Source: an uncultured Mycoplasmatota bacterium | GTDB taxonomy: Bacteria; Bacillota_I; Bacilli_A; RF39; UBA660 | Reading direction: 5' to 3' | NCBI GenBank assembly: GCA_900549625.1 | Contig: URPE01000001.1 | Span: 39,842 to 103,841 of the forward strand | Length of the DNA stretch: 64,000 nt | In this document: positions 1 to 9,029 of the stretch, one piece after another | Layout: every line of letters starts with the position of its first letter | Numbering within the stretch: the stretch's first letter is position 1 | Translations under genes and position numbers: made by a program | Notes under the pieces: model-generated | Seen by the model: only the letters and a program-made list of their open reading frames with translations | What the model was told of the DNA's origin: nothing | Database searches by the model: none

Positions 1-1
1 T

Positions 2-97
2 AACTATACTGGAACTGATGAAAAACTAAAGAAACTAATTAGTGAAATAATTAAAGTTGAAGAACAAAATAACGAGGATTTAAAAGGATTTTTATAA
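2..97 (+). CDS. 3' end of an unidentified gene (partial, runs off window start)
   Basis: Open frame from the window edge (..NYTGTDEKLKKLISEIIKVEEQNNEDLKGFL) ending at TAA 95-97. No recognisable family motif. Confidence 0.3.
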   Translation, partial: NYTGTDEKLKKLISEIIKVEEQNNEDLKGFL

Positions 98-136
98 ACC
101 CTTGTTTTTTTATTTTTTATTGTGTAAAATTAATAT

Positions 137-1249
137 GTGATGTTTATGAAAAAATATATTCCTAATTTATTAACAATATCTAGAATAATAGCCATTCCTA
201 TAATAATATTCTTAGGGATAAATAACTATTATAAAGCCTTAATTGTCGTTGCGGCCTTAATTGCTTTTACTGATTTCTTAGATGGCTTTCTAGCCCGTAA
301 ATGGCAAGTAACTAGTTTATTAGGTGCTAATTTAGACGCTATTGCTGATAAACTTTTAGCCATTGGTTTACTAATAATATTAATCATTAAAAATCATGGC
401 TTTTTCTACGTACTAATTCTTGAGTGCTTAATTGGTATATTAAATCTATACTTCTATTTAAAAAAAGGTGTAGGATCTTCATTATTAGTAGGTAAGTTTA
501 AAACTTGGATTATTTTCATTACTATCTTACTAGGTTTCGCTGGCCTTGTTATTCCAATTAGTAATTACGTTACTATTGCGATTTATTTAACTGTAATCCT
601 ACAAGTTATAACTTTAATATGTTATATTTTATTCTGGTTTAATATAAGCAAAAAAAAAAGCCTCTTCGATGACTATGTCGAATATTATCAAATAATCGAA
701 CCTATAATTAATCATCCTGAGGTTCAAAGAAGAAAAAAATATCCCCATCATATTGATGAATCAGTATATGAACATGTTATAAGAGTTTCTTATGATTGCT
801 ATAAAATAGGTAAACGCCTTAATATGGATTATAAATCTTTAGCTATCGCCGGATTATTACATGACTTTTATGAACACCCTTGGCAATATAGTAATGAAAA
901 AAAACCTTTTTTCCAAAATCATGCCTTTACCCATGCTAAAAATGCCGTTTTAAATAGCAAAAAATTTTTTGGCGAAAATATTATAACTCCTAAAATAGAA
1001 AATATTATGATTACACATATGTTTCCTCTAAATAAAAAAATACCAAATAGTAAAGAAGCCTGGCTCCTTACTTTAATAGATAAAGCAGATTCAATTGATT
1101 TTATTTTACATCCAATCGCCTTATTCAAAATATTCTGTCATAAAGAGTACAAAAAAAGACAAAGGATAACCATAAGAAAAATAAAAAATTTTATGAAGAA
1201 GAAACTACCAAAAAAAGACAATACCACCATCAAAAATGCCAAAGAGTAA
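137..1249 (+). CDS. CDP-alcohol phosphatidyltransferase (PgsA-like) fused to a C-terminal HD-domain phosphohydrolase
   Basis: N-terminal half is multi-TM and carries the exact signature DGx2ARx8Gx3Dx3D (DGFLARKWQVTSLLGANLDAIAD). C-terminal half has H...HD (HVIRVSYDCY...AGLLHDFY) and ITHMFPL. True start may be ATG 146 (MKKYIPNLLT). Confidence 0.75.
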   Translation: MMFMKKYIPNLLTISRIIAIPIIIFLGINNYYKALIVVAALIAFTDFLDGFLARKWQVTSLLGANLDAIADKLLAIGLLIILIIKNHGFFYVLILECLIGILNLYFYLKKGVGSSLLVGKFKTWIIFITILLGFAGLVIPISNYVTIAIYLTVILQVITLICYILFWFNISKKKSLFDDYVEYYQIIEPIINHPEVQRRKKYPHHIDESVYEHVIRVSYDCYKIGKRLNMDYKSLAIAGLLHDFYEHPWQYSNEKKPFFQNHAFTHAKNAVLNSKKFFGENIITPKIENIMITHMFPLNKKIPNSKEAWLLTLIDKADSIDFILHPIALFKIFCHKEYKKRQRITIRKIKNFMKKKLPKKDNTTIKNAKE

Positions 1250-1747
1250 GTTGGAAGTTACGTTTATTTCTGTGCGTTTCTGATTAAAATCATGTCATAG
1301 TAGTCCTTAGTATCGTTTTCTAAATTTGCTAGTAAATAATATCTTTTAATAAATTATGACAAGTAATTAAACTATTTTTTTTATTACTCATGTTTAATTA
1401 TTTGGTTTACTATATTTTTTAATAACTTAGTTAATACAAATCTTTATTTATATAGTTATAAATATTAACAATAAAAATGCACCTTTGTTATATTTGTAGT
1501 GCATTTTTATAAACTAAAATTATATTTAATAATTCTAATAAACTTTAAAATGGTGTGCGAGTAAACCACGTTTGGAAATTTGCATTAAGGTTAATTCCTA
1601 TAATCATTGTAATATAAATATTGAAAAAGTAGTCAAAAATTTTACTTGTTCGCTTGTTTTACAATTATAGTTATTATATAATCCTAATAGGAATGTTTGA
1701 TGTGAGTGTCGTCCTCCAATCTTGAAAAAGAAGGGAGGTAGATATTG

Positions 1748-1840
1748 ATGAAAACTAAGACTTTTATTATAAAAGTTCTAAAGCTCATTGCTATCATTTT
1801 GCTACTTTCTACCTTATTGGTGTTAGCAATAAAAAAATAG
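1748..1840 (+). CDS. 30-aa hydrophobic peptide, type I toxin-like (unannotated small ORF)
   Basis: MKTKTFIIKVLKLIAIILLLSTLLVLAIKK. SD GGGAGG lies 8-9 nt upstream, and a CCTCC anti-SD about 17 nt upstream of the SD (1713-1717) could sequester it. Hairpin ACACTCT..AGAGTGT follows the stop directly. Confidence 0.35.
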   Translation: MKTKTFIIKVLKLIAIILLLSTLLVLAIKK

Positions 1841-2392
1841 ACACTCTTCAGCTTTGATAGAGTGTCACAACTATTTAATTAGAGGCGACATTCACTTGCG
1901 ACACAAATGTTCCTCTTTTTTATTTTATGCAAATTCTCTTGCTTACATACTAATGATAGCATAAATTATTTAAATTGTCAAAAAGTTCATTTAAATGGGG
2001 AATTACTTTGTTTCCATATAAATAATAATTAAATATATCATTTAATATTTGAACAACATAATTATTTATTTTATCATCAATAAAATTATTATCTAAATAT
2101 TAGAATAGTTAAAAGCAAGAAACACATTATTTTGATTATTATTTTATGTTGTCCAATATAAGATAAATTAATTTTATCTACTTTTCTAATACAGCCATTA
2201 ATGATTGTTGGTGTAGTATTACAAAATCACAAATAAACTCTATTTTTTTTAGTTTTTCATCAAAATGTAAATTTTCACTAAATATATGTCCCATTTTATT
2301 TTTCCTTTCTTAAATCAAACAAAAAGTATCAACTTCTTTTGAAATTGATACTTTTTGTATATAAAGTTCGAATAGTTCGAATAAGTCTTTAA

Positions 2393-2466
2393 TGGTGCCT
2401 ATTAACAGAATTGAACTGTTCTTTCATGCTTACCATGCATGTGTACTACCACTGTACTAAATAGGC
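2393..2466 (-). tRNA. tRNA-Thr (anticodon GGU)
   Basis: Cloverleaf read by eye on the minus strand. Acceptor GCCTATT/AATAGGC, D arm GTAC-AGTGGTA-GTAC, anticodon stem CATGC/GCATG with loop ATGGTAA, T arm AACAG-TTCAATT-CTGTT, discriminator A, encoded CCA. Confidence 0.85.
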
Positions 2467-2565
2467 CTAAAAACATATTAACATATTTTTAACATAATTA
2501 ACATATTTTTATTGTTATTTTTAATAAAAAAAATTATAATTAATTTATAGAAAAGGAGTGAAGAG

Positions 2566-3798
2566 ATGTATTGCGGTGAATGTGGTGCCAAGTTAAAAAA
2601 TAATGCTAACTTTTGTGGTGAATGTGGTAGTAAAGTGCCTAAAGAAAAAAAGCAAGTTACCAAGAAAACAAAAAAGCAACATAAACCACTTACTAAACAA
2701 ACAAAAATCATTTTAGGTGTCATTTTAGTTATTGTTATATCTTTTATTATTGGTTTTAATATTTTAGGCCATTCCTTAAGTGCTAGTGCTGTATCTAAAA
2801 AGTATATGGAAGCCCTACAAACAAGCAATAGTGACGAATTATATGAAACTCTTAATATAGAGGGTGACAAAAGATTTGCTAGCAAAGAAGCATTTAGTAA
2901 GATCTACAATAATGATAATAATGATTTAAAAGGTATTAGTTCAATAACTTTACTAAATATTTCTTATAGTAGTGATAAAAAAAGTGCAGTAGCAAGTTAT
3001 AAAGTAGTTAAAAATGATAAAGAAATGAATATTATAGTTAATCTAACTAAAAATGACAAAAAGAAATATTTATTCTTTGATACTTGGACTGTTAGAGATG
3101 ATGTACTTGATATGCTAGATATTACTATTGTTAAAGATTATACCATTACGGTTCCATCTAATAGTGTCGTTAAAATAGATGATGAAGATGTCACAAGAAA
3201 CTACATTAATAGCGAAGAAAGTAAAGATGGATTAGATGTTTATGTGATACCTAATATTTTTGAGGGTTCTTATAATATAAGTGTTGTATTACCTAATAAA
3301 ATATCTGTAACAGAAGAAAAAAGAATATCTTATTATTATGATAGTTACACATTTGACTTAGACTTAAATGATTTGAGTGATGAACAAAAAGATAATATTG
3401 GTAAATATTCTACTGATTTTATAAAAAGTATTTATAGTAACTTGATTAACAAAAAAACATTTGCAGAATTGCAAAAAAGTAATACAGCTATTACTGATAA
3501 CTTAAAAGATACATATGATGATTTATATAGTAAAATTGTTAAAAGTGATAGTTTATCATTACTAAAATTTGATATAAGTGATTATAGTATTACTGGTATA
3601 AGAGTGCAAAGAGATGGACAACTTTCTGTAACGGTTAAGTATAATTATAGCTATACTACAATTGTTAAGCATGGTGATAAAACTGAAGAAAAAAATAGTA
3701 AATCAAATCAAAATAGTACCCTTATATATGATATAAGTGATGGAAGCTATAAACTAACAGCTTTAAACAGTCCAGTAAAATATTTTAGTGTTTGGTAA
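2566..3798 (+). CDS. zinc-ribbon, single-pass membrane-anchored protein of unknown function
   Basis: N-terminus MYCGECGAKLKNNANFCGECG (double CxxC zinc ribbon), then a K-rich linker, one TM (IILGVILVIVISFIIGF) and a ~330-aa extracytoplasmic region. SD AAAGGAG upstream. Confidence 0.6.
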   Translation: MYCGECGAKLKNNANFCGECGSKVPKEKKQVTKKTKKQHKPLTKQTKIILGVILVIVISFIIGFNILGHSLSASAVSKKYMEALQTSNSDELYETLNIEGDKRFASKEAFSKIYNNDNNDLKGISSITLLNISYSSDKKSAVASYKVVKNDKEMNIIVNLTKNDKKKYLFFDTWTVRDDVLDMLDITIVKDYTITVPSNSVVKIDDEDVTRNYINSEESKDGLDVYVIPNIFEGSYNISVVLPNKISVTEEKRISYYYDSYTFDLDLNDLSDEQKDNIGKYSTDFIKSIYSNLINKKTFAELQKSNTAITDNLKDTYDDLYSKIVKSDSLSLLKFDISDYSITGIRVQRDGQLSVTVKYNYSYTTIVKHGDKTEEKNSKSNQNSTLIYDISDGSYKLTALNSPVKYFSVW

Positions 3799-3811
3799 AT
3801 AGAAAAGGAGA

Positions 3812-4123
3812 ATGATTATGGCAAAATTTTGTACAAACTGTGGTAAAAAATTAGATAAAGATGGTAAATGTAATTGCAAAGTAGAAGAAAAAGAAATAGT
3901 AACGGAAGAGGTTACAGAATCAAAATTTAGTAAAATCTTAAATGATTGTATTTTAATTATTAAAGGTATGTTTATAAGACCAGTTGATACAATGACATAT
4001 TATGCTAAAAGAAGCAAATTTGATTTAGGTATGCTATTAATAGTAATTAATTGTTTATTATTTGGCTTATTTATTTATGTTTTAATGAAGAGAGGAGCAG
4101 TGGCTTTATATGACTTATTTTAA
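3812..4123 (+). CDS. zinc-ribbon membrane protein, N-terminal part (possibly split from the next ORF)
   Basis: MAKFCTNCGKKLDKDGKCNC zinc ribbon plus one TM. Overlaps the next ORF by 14 nt in another frame. Confidence 0.45.
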   Translation: MIMAKFCTNCGKKLDKDGKCNCKVEEKEIVTEEVTESKFSKILNDCILIIKGMFIRPVDTMTYYAKRSKFDLGMLLIVINCLLFGLFIYVLMKRGAVALYDLF

Positions 4124-4544
4124 TATTCCAAGTTCTAGTGGTAGTAGTTTAAATCTAGCAAATGGCTCTGTACCATTTAAAGTTTTTGTAGTCGCAGCTT
4201 TAATGATGTTATGTTATCATTTAATATTAGGTGGACTATTATATTTAGTAAGTAAGAAAATACTTAAAAAAGAAAGTGATATTAAAAGAATTTATGCTTT
4301 AATAGGTGTTAATACAACCATTAGTAGTATTATGCTAATTATTGCAACTCTTGGTTTATTCTTAAATCTATGGATTACAATTATTGCAGGTGTAGTATCT
4401 GGTATTTTATATTTTCTTAACCTATATCAAGGTTTTAATGAATTAAGTAAAGTTGATAAAAATCATATGGTTTATGCTTTTGCTTCATGTTATTTCATTA
4501 CATTATTTATTGTATGCTACATAATTCCAAAAATATTTGCATAA
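4110..4544 (+). CDS. multi-pass membrane protein (possibly the C-terminal part of a frameshifted zinc-ribbon/Yip1-like protein)
   Basis: Three or four predicted TM segments, no SD of its own, and a start embedded in the previous ORF. Confidence 0.4.
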   Translation: MTYFNIPSSSGSSLNLANGSVPFKVFVVAALMMLCYHLILGGLLYLVSKKILKKESDIKRIYALIGVNTTISSIMLIIATLGLFLNLWITIIAGVVSGILYFLNLYQGFNELSKVDKNHMVYAFASCYFITLFIVCYIIPKIFA

Positions 4545-4661
4545 ATTTTAAACGGGTAAAATTAATACTCGTTTTTTTATTTCGACAAAAAATCCATTTT
4601 TTCTTCAAAAATAATAAATATGTGATAAAATAGATTATATAAGTAAGAGTAGGAGGTTCTT

Positions 4662-6380
4662 ATGAGCAAGGAACTTATTATAATCATCGGTATTGCCTTA
4701 TATTTTTTTACTGTTGGCCTAATTGTAGCCGTTTTAAATTGGCTAAATAATAAAGAAAGAAAAGAATATCGTAAAAAATTGGATGAATTACAACGAAATA
4801 AAAACCTAATTATAAGTGCTAACTTAATAGCCGAGTTAAAAAAAGTTGAACCACTGGCCATGAATGCCAATATGAAATCTACTTATGAAGAGTGGGGACA
4901 AAAGTACAATACTTTAAAAAGTGAAGATGTTCCAGGTATTACCGACAAACTTATTAAAGCTGAAGAGTACTATGATATTAAAGATTATAAAGCCTTAAAC
5001 AACTTATTAAGTGAAATAGAACTAGATATTTACTTTGTTAATACTAAGGCAAACTTTCTATTAGAAGAAATAAAAGGTATTACCTTAAGTGAAGAAAAAA
5101 ATAGAGATACTATTACAAAACTTAAAACTCATTACAGAGAAATACTTAGTAAATACCAAAATAATGAAAGAGCTTATACTGTTGTAACAAAGCCTTTAGA
5201 ATTACAATTTGAGCGTGTTGATAAACTTTTTAGTGCCTTTGAAGTAGCAATGGAGCAAAAATCATATCAAGAAGTAAGCAAAATAGTAAAAGCCCTAGAT
5301 GATTTAATTGGTAACTTAAAATTAGTTGTTGAGGAAGCTCCTAGTATTATCTTAATGGGTAAAAGTATTATTCCTAAAAAGATGGCTGATATCACTAATA
5401 TCTATAAAAAAATGAAAGAAGATGGCTACAACCTAGAATATCTAAATATTCCTTATAATATTGATGAATCTAGTAAAAAAATAACTGACATTTTCCAAAG
5501 ACTAAATGTTTTAAATATTGAAGACTCTATCTTTGAACTAAAAACTATGCAAGATTACTTTGAATCCATATATAATGAATTTGATAAAGAAAGAATAGCA
5601 AGAAAATCATATAATGAACTTCTAAGAAGTGTACTAATCAAAATAACTAAATTAACTAAAATTAATGATACATTATTAAAGAAATTAAAAGATATTAAAT
5701 ACAGTTATGATTTAAAAGATGAAGATGTAGAAATTGTTTTTAAAATTAAAGAAGAATTAGCAAGTGAAAGAGGAGAATATGATGACTTAATAGAAGATGG
5801 TAGAAGTAAAAACTTTTCATATTCCCATTTAAATAAACATATGGATGCCCTAAATATTAAAGTTTTAAAAACAGAAGAAAAATTAGATATTGCCCTAAGA
5901 ACCCTTGGTAGTTTAAAAGAAGATGAACTAAGAGCACGTGAACAACTAGATGAAATGAAGGGTATTTTAAATGATGCCAAAATGCTTATGAAAAGCTTTA
6001 AACTTCCTTTTATACCAGAAGTTTATTTTATTGAACTATCTGAGGCTACAGAGGCTATTAGCAATATGATTCATGAACTAGAAAAAACACCAATTTCTAT
6101 TAAAGTATTAAATACTAGAGTAGATACAGCAAGGGATCTTGTTTTAAAATTTTATAATACAACTAAAGAAATGATAAAAACAGCTAAAATGGCTGAAACA
6201 GCTATTGTTTATGGTAATCGTTATAGAGCAGTAGAAGAAAGTGTAGCTCTAGGTCTTGCTAAAGCTGAGAATGCTTTTATAAAAGGTAATTACAAATTAT
6301 CTCTTGAAAGCTCTATTCATGCTATTAATATAATTGAGCCAGGAATATATAAGAAACTAATGGATGAATACCAAAGTTAG
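4662..6380 (+). CDS. ezrA: septation ring formation regulator EzrA
   Basis: 572 aa with an N-terminal TM followed by long coiled-coil-type sequence, the size and architecture typical of EzrA. A cysteine desulfurase lies nearby, as in other Bacillota. Confidence 0.75.
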   Translation: MSKELIIIIGIALYFFTVGLIVAVLNWLNNKERKEYRKKLDELQRNKNLIISANLIAELKKVEPLAMNANMKSTYEEWGQKYNTLKSEDVPGITDKLIKAEEYYDIKDYKALNNLLSEIELDIYFVNTKANFLLEEIKGITLSEEKNRDTITKLKTHYREILSKYQNNERAYTVVTKPLELQFERVDKLFSAFEVAMEQKSYQEVSKIVKALDDLIGNLKLVVEEAPSIILMGKSIIPKKMADITNIYKKMKEDGYNLEYLNIPYNIDESSKKITDIFQRLNVLNIEDSIFELKTMQDYFESIYNEFDKERIARKSYNELLRSVLIKITKLTKINDTLLKKLKDIKYSYDLKDEDVEIVFKIKEELASERGEYDDLIEDGRSKNFSYSHLNKHMDALNIKVLKTEEKLDIALRTLGSLKEDELRAREQLDEMKGILNDAKMLMKSFKLPFIPEVYFIELSEATEAISNMIHELEKTPISIKVLNTRVDTARDLVLKFYNTTKEMIKTAKMAETAIVYGNRYRAVEESVALGLAKAENAFIKGNYKLSLESSIHAINIIEPGIYKKLMDEYQS

Positions 6381-6389
6381 GAGAATAAC

Positions 6390-6965
6390 ATGCAAAAGAT
6401 AATGATAGATTTAGATGAAACTATATGTACAGGTGGTTATTTAGAAGCTGTAAATGCCTATTTACATACTAACTACAAAGATGAAGAGATAGACTCATAT
6501 TATGTTGAGGATGTAATGAATGATGAACAAAAAGAACAGTTTCTTGATTACTTTTATCAAAACGTTAATATTTATAAAGAAGCTAAAATAATACCAGATT
6601 CCTTAAAAGTGATTGAAAAGTTAGCAAAAAAATATGATATTTACATAACAACAGCTTTTGTTGATAAAAGAAGAGTTTATGAATCAGGTATTATGGCTCG
6701 TTATAAGTACCAGTGGATTGTTGAAAATATGTCGTATATAGATCCTAGAAAGATAATATTAACTGCTGCTAAAGATTTAGTAATGTGTGAGATTAAAATA
6801 GATGATAAAGTAAGTAATTTAAAAGGATATGGGCAAGTAAAACTTTTACTAGACCAACCACATAATCAAAAATATGGTTATGAAGAACTAGAAAGCCTAG
6901 GTATCAGAAGAGTTCATGATTGGTTACAAATTGAAAGTATTTTATTAGGGAGTGAAGTAGAGTGA
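6390..6965 (+). CDS. HAD-superfamily 5'(3')-deoxyribonucleotidase-like hydrolase
   Basis: N-terminal HAD motif I MIDLDETICTGG, size about 190 aa, resembles the NT5C/YorS-type family from memory. Confidence 0.45.
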   Translation: MQKIMIDLDETICTGGYLEAVNAYLHTNYKDEEIDSYYVEDVMNDEQKEQFLDYFYQNVNIYKEAKIIPDSLKVIEKLAKKYDIYITTAFVDKRRVYESGIMARYKYQWIVENMSYIDPRKIILTAAKDLVMCEIKIDDKVSNLKGYGQVKLLLDQPHNQKYGYEELESLGIRRVHDWLQIESILLGSEVE

Positions 6966-8095
6966 TATATTTAGATTATAGTGCAACTACACCAGTAAAC
7001 TATGATGTGTTAGATTCCTATTTAAGAGCAACAAAAGATTTTCCAGGCAATCCTAATTCCCTACATAGTTTAGGTGTTAAATCAAAAGCTCTTTTAAATA
7101 GTGCTTTAAAACAAGTAAGTGAAATATTTAATGTCTTAGAAAGTGAATTAACATTTACAAGTGGCGCTACTGAGAGTAATAATTTTGCTTTAATTGGCAC
7201 AGCCCTTGCTAATATGAAATATGGTAATCACATCATTGTTTCTAAGTTAGAACACCCAAGTATCTATGCTATATGTGAATATCTAACAACCCTTGGATTT
7301 AGCATAAGTTATGTTGATAATGATGAAAGTGGGTTAGTAGACTTTGAAGATTTAAAAAAGAAAATGCGTAGTGATACTATTTTAGTAAGTATCTGTGCTG
7401 TTAATAGTGAAACTGGCGTAAGGCAACCACTTAAAATGATTCGCCAAGTTATTAAAAAAGAAAATGCTTATACTTATTTGCATAGTGATATGACACAAGC
7501 CTTAGGTAAAATTCCTGTTAATTTTCACGATGTTGACCTAGCTAGTTGTTCTGCTCATAAAATCTATGGCCCTAAAGGTATTGGTTTGTTTTATAAAAAT
7601 AGTCGTGTAAAATTTAGTCCTGTTTTATATGGCAGTGGTCAAATAAACAAATTAAATCCAGGTACGCCAGCAGTGCCTCTTATTGTTGCTTTTGCTAAAG
7701 CAATAAGACTAGCTACCAGTGACTTAGATAAAAGAGAAAACTTTATTAAAAGACTAAATGATAAAATAGTAAATGAACTAGAAAAATATGATGGCGTAAT
7801 CATTAATCATTCAAAAATATGTATTCCCCATATACTAAATATTTCTCTAAAAGATATAAAAGCTGAGACATTCTTACATGCCTTAGAAGAATATGAAATA
7901 TATTTAAGTACTAATACGGCTTGTTCTAGTGGCGAACTATCTACTTCTGTCATGGCTTTATATAATGATCAAAAAAGAGCAAGTAGTACATTAAGAATTA
8001 GTTTGTCTCACTTAACTACAACCGATGAAGTAAACAAGTTCTTAGCGTGTTTTAAACTAGTATATCAAAAACTAAGTTTAATAAAAGGAGAGTAA
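6962..8095 (+). CDS. cysteine desulfurase (class V aminotransferase, NifS/IscS type)
   Basis: IYLDYSATTP N-terminus, PLP-lysine motif SAHKIYGPKGIG, and C-terminal TACSSG active-site Cys loop. Confidence 0.85.
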   Translation: MIYLDYSATTPVNYDVLDSYLRATKDFPGNPNSLHSLGVKSKALLNSALKQVSEIFNVLESELTFTSGATESNNFALIGTALANMKYGNHIIVSKLEHPSIYAICEYLTTLGFSISYVDNDESGLVDFEDLKKKMRSDTILVSICAVNSETGVRQPLKMIRQVIKKENAYTYLHSDMTQALGKIPVNFHDVDLASCSAHKIYGPKGIGLFYKNSRVKFSPVLYGSGQINKLNPGTPAVPLIVAFAKAIRLATSDLDKRENFIKRLNDKIVNELEKYDGVIINHSKICIPHILNISLKDIKAETFLHALEEYEIYLSTNTACSSGELSTSVMALYNDQKRASSTLRISLSHLTTTDEVNKFLACFKLVYQKLSLIKGE

Positions 8096-8465
8096 AGAGA
8101 AAATGCATGTTAAGTGACACATTAAAATATCCTGAAAATAAAATAAAATGACGAATTATTTTACATAGAAAAGACATGTACTAATTAAGGTATGTGTTTT
8201 TTAATGCTAAAAAATATTGACTGAAGAACAATTAAAAATTAAAATAAGATATAAAAAAAGAAATGGCTTACTGGGCTGCAACCCACCACTTCCTACCTAA
8301 CGAGGTGATATTATCATACTATTAAAGCAAACTTAAATTAATATGAAAGAACAAGTTTTTCATAAATATAAATAATTAGTAAAAATTACTATAAATAGAA
8401 ACATATCGCGGCACTTCTTTATTATCTTGATGAAAATGATGCTTTAAAATTAGAAATATCTATTA

Positions 8466-8804
8466 ATGAACATATTTGCTGAAGAGAATAAAATCACTAA
8501 ATCATTTAAACTATTAAAGAATAATCTTAGTATGTCTAATTTAGTCCATTACCAGAGTATATTAAAATCTAAATATAATAATGAATTGTTAGAATTTTAT
8601 AAACCTTGAATAATTAAGTCATCAAAAATAGCATCAGATAGAAACTCGTATTATAACTTATGTTTTTATATAGAAAAAATGCAAGAACTTGATAATTCTG
8701 ATGATTTTATTTTTGATATGTTAAAAGAAATGTATCCAAATTATAAGAATAAAAGAGCATTTAAAGATGAAATAATAAAGATTTTAAAAAGTAAAAACAA
8801 ATAA
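8466..8804 (+). pseudogene. decayed ORF interrupted by an in-frame TGA (8607-8609); more broken frames upstream to about 8200
   Basis: ATG 8466 .. TGA 8607 .. TAA 8802 reads through in one frame (..ELLEFYKP*IIKSSKIASDRNSYYNLCFYIEKMQELDNSDDFIFDMLKEMYPNYK..). Upstream sequence in the same frame has several stops. Confidence 0.3.
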
Positions 8805-9029
8805 AGATTTTATAGATTAATAAAAAAATTGTAAATACCAAATTCCTAGCACATGCTAAATAATAAATAGTTAAGCTATTATTGTGGTAAAAGTATAATC
8901 TTAAAATATAAATAATCCATTTATTATTTATTATAAGGGCTTAATATAAGCCTTTTTTGATCTGCAAAATTAATTGCCAAACTAATGGTTAATTGGTATA
9001 ATTAAATTATTCTAGGAGAGTGAAAAGGT

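Noticed and set aside
1540-1560. Possible att-like repeat of the tRNA-Thr 3' end (AATGGTG at ~1548 versus 2391-2397)
   Set aside because: Only 7 nt match, which is expected by chance in AT-rich DNA. It is not evidence for an integration boundary.
8466-8804. Idea that the in-frame TGA means genetic code 4 (TGA=Trp), as in Mollicutes
   Set aside because: Several well-supported genes in the window terminate at TGA (for example at 6965 and 22482), and conserved Trp positions use TGG. A single TGA in a decayed region is better explained as a pseudogene.
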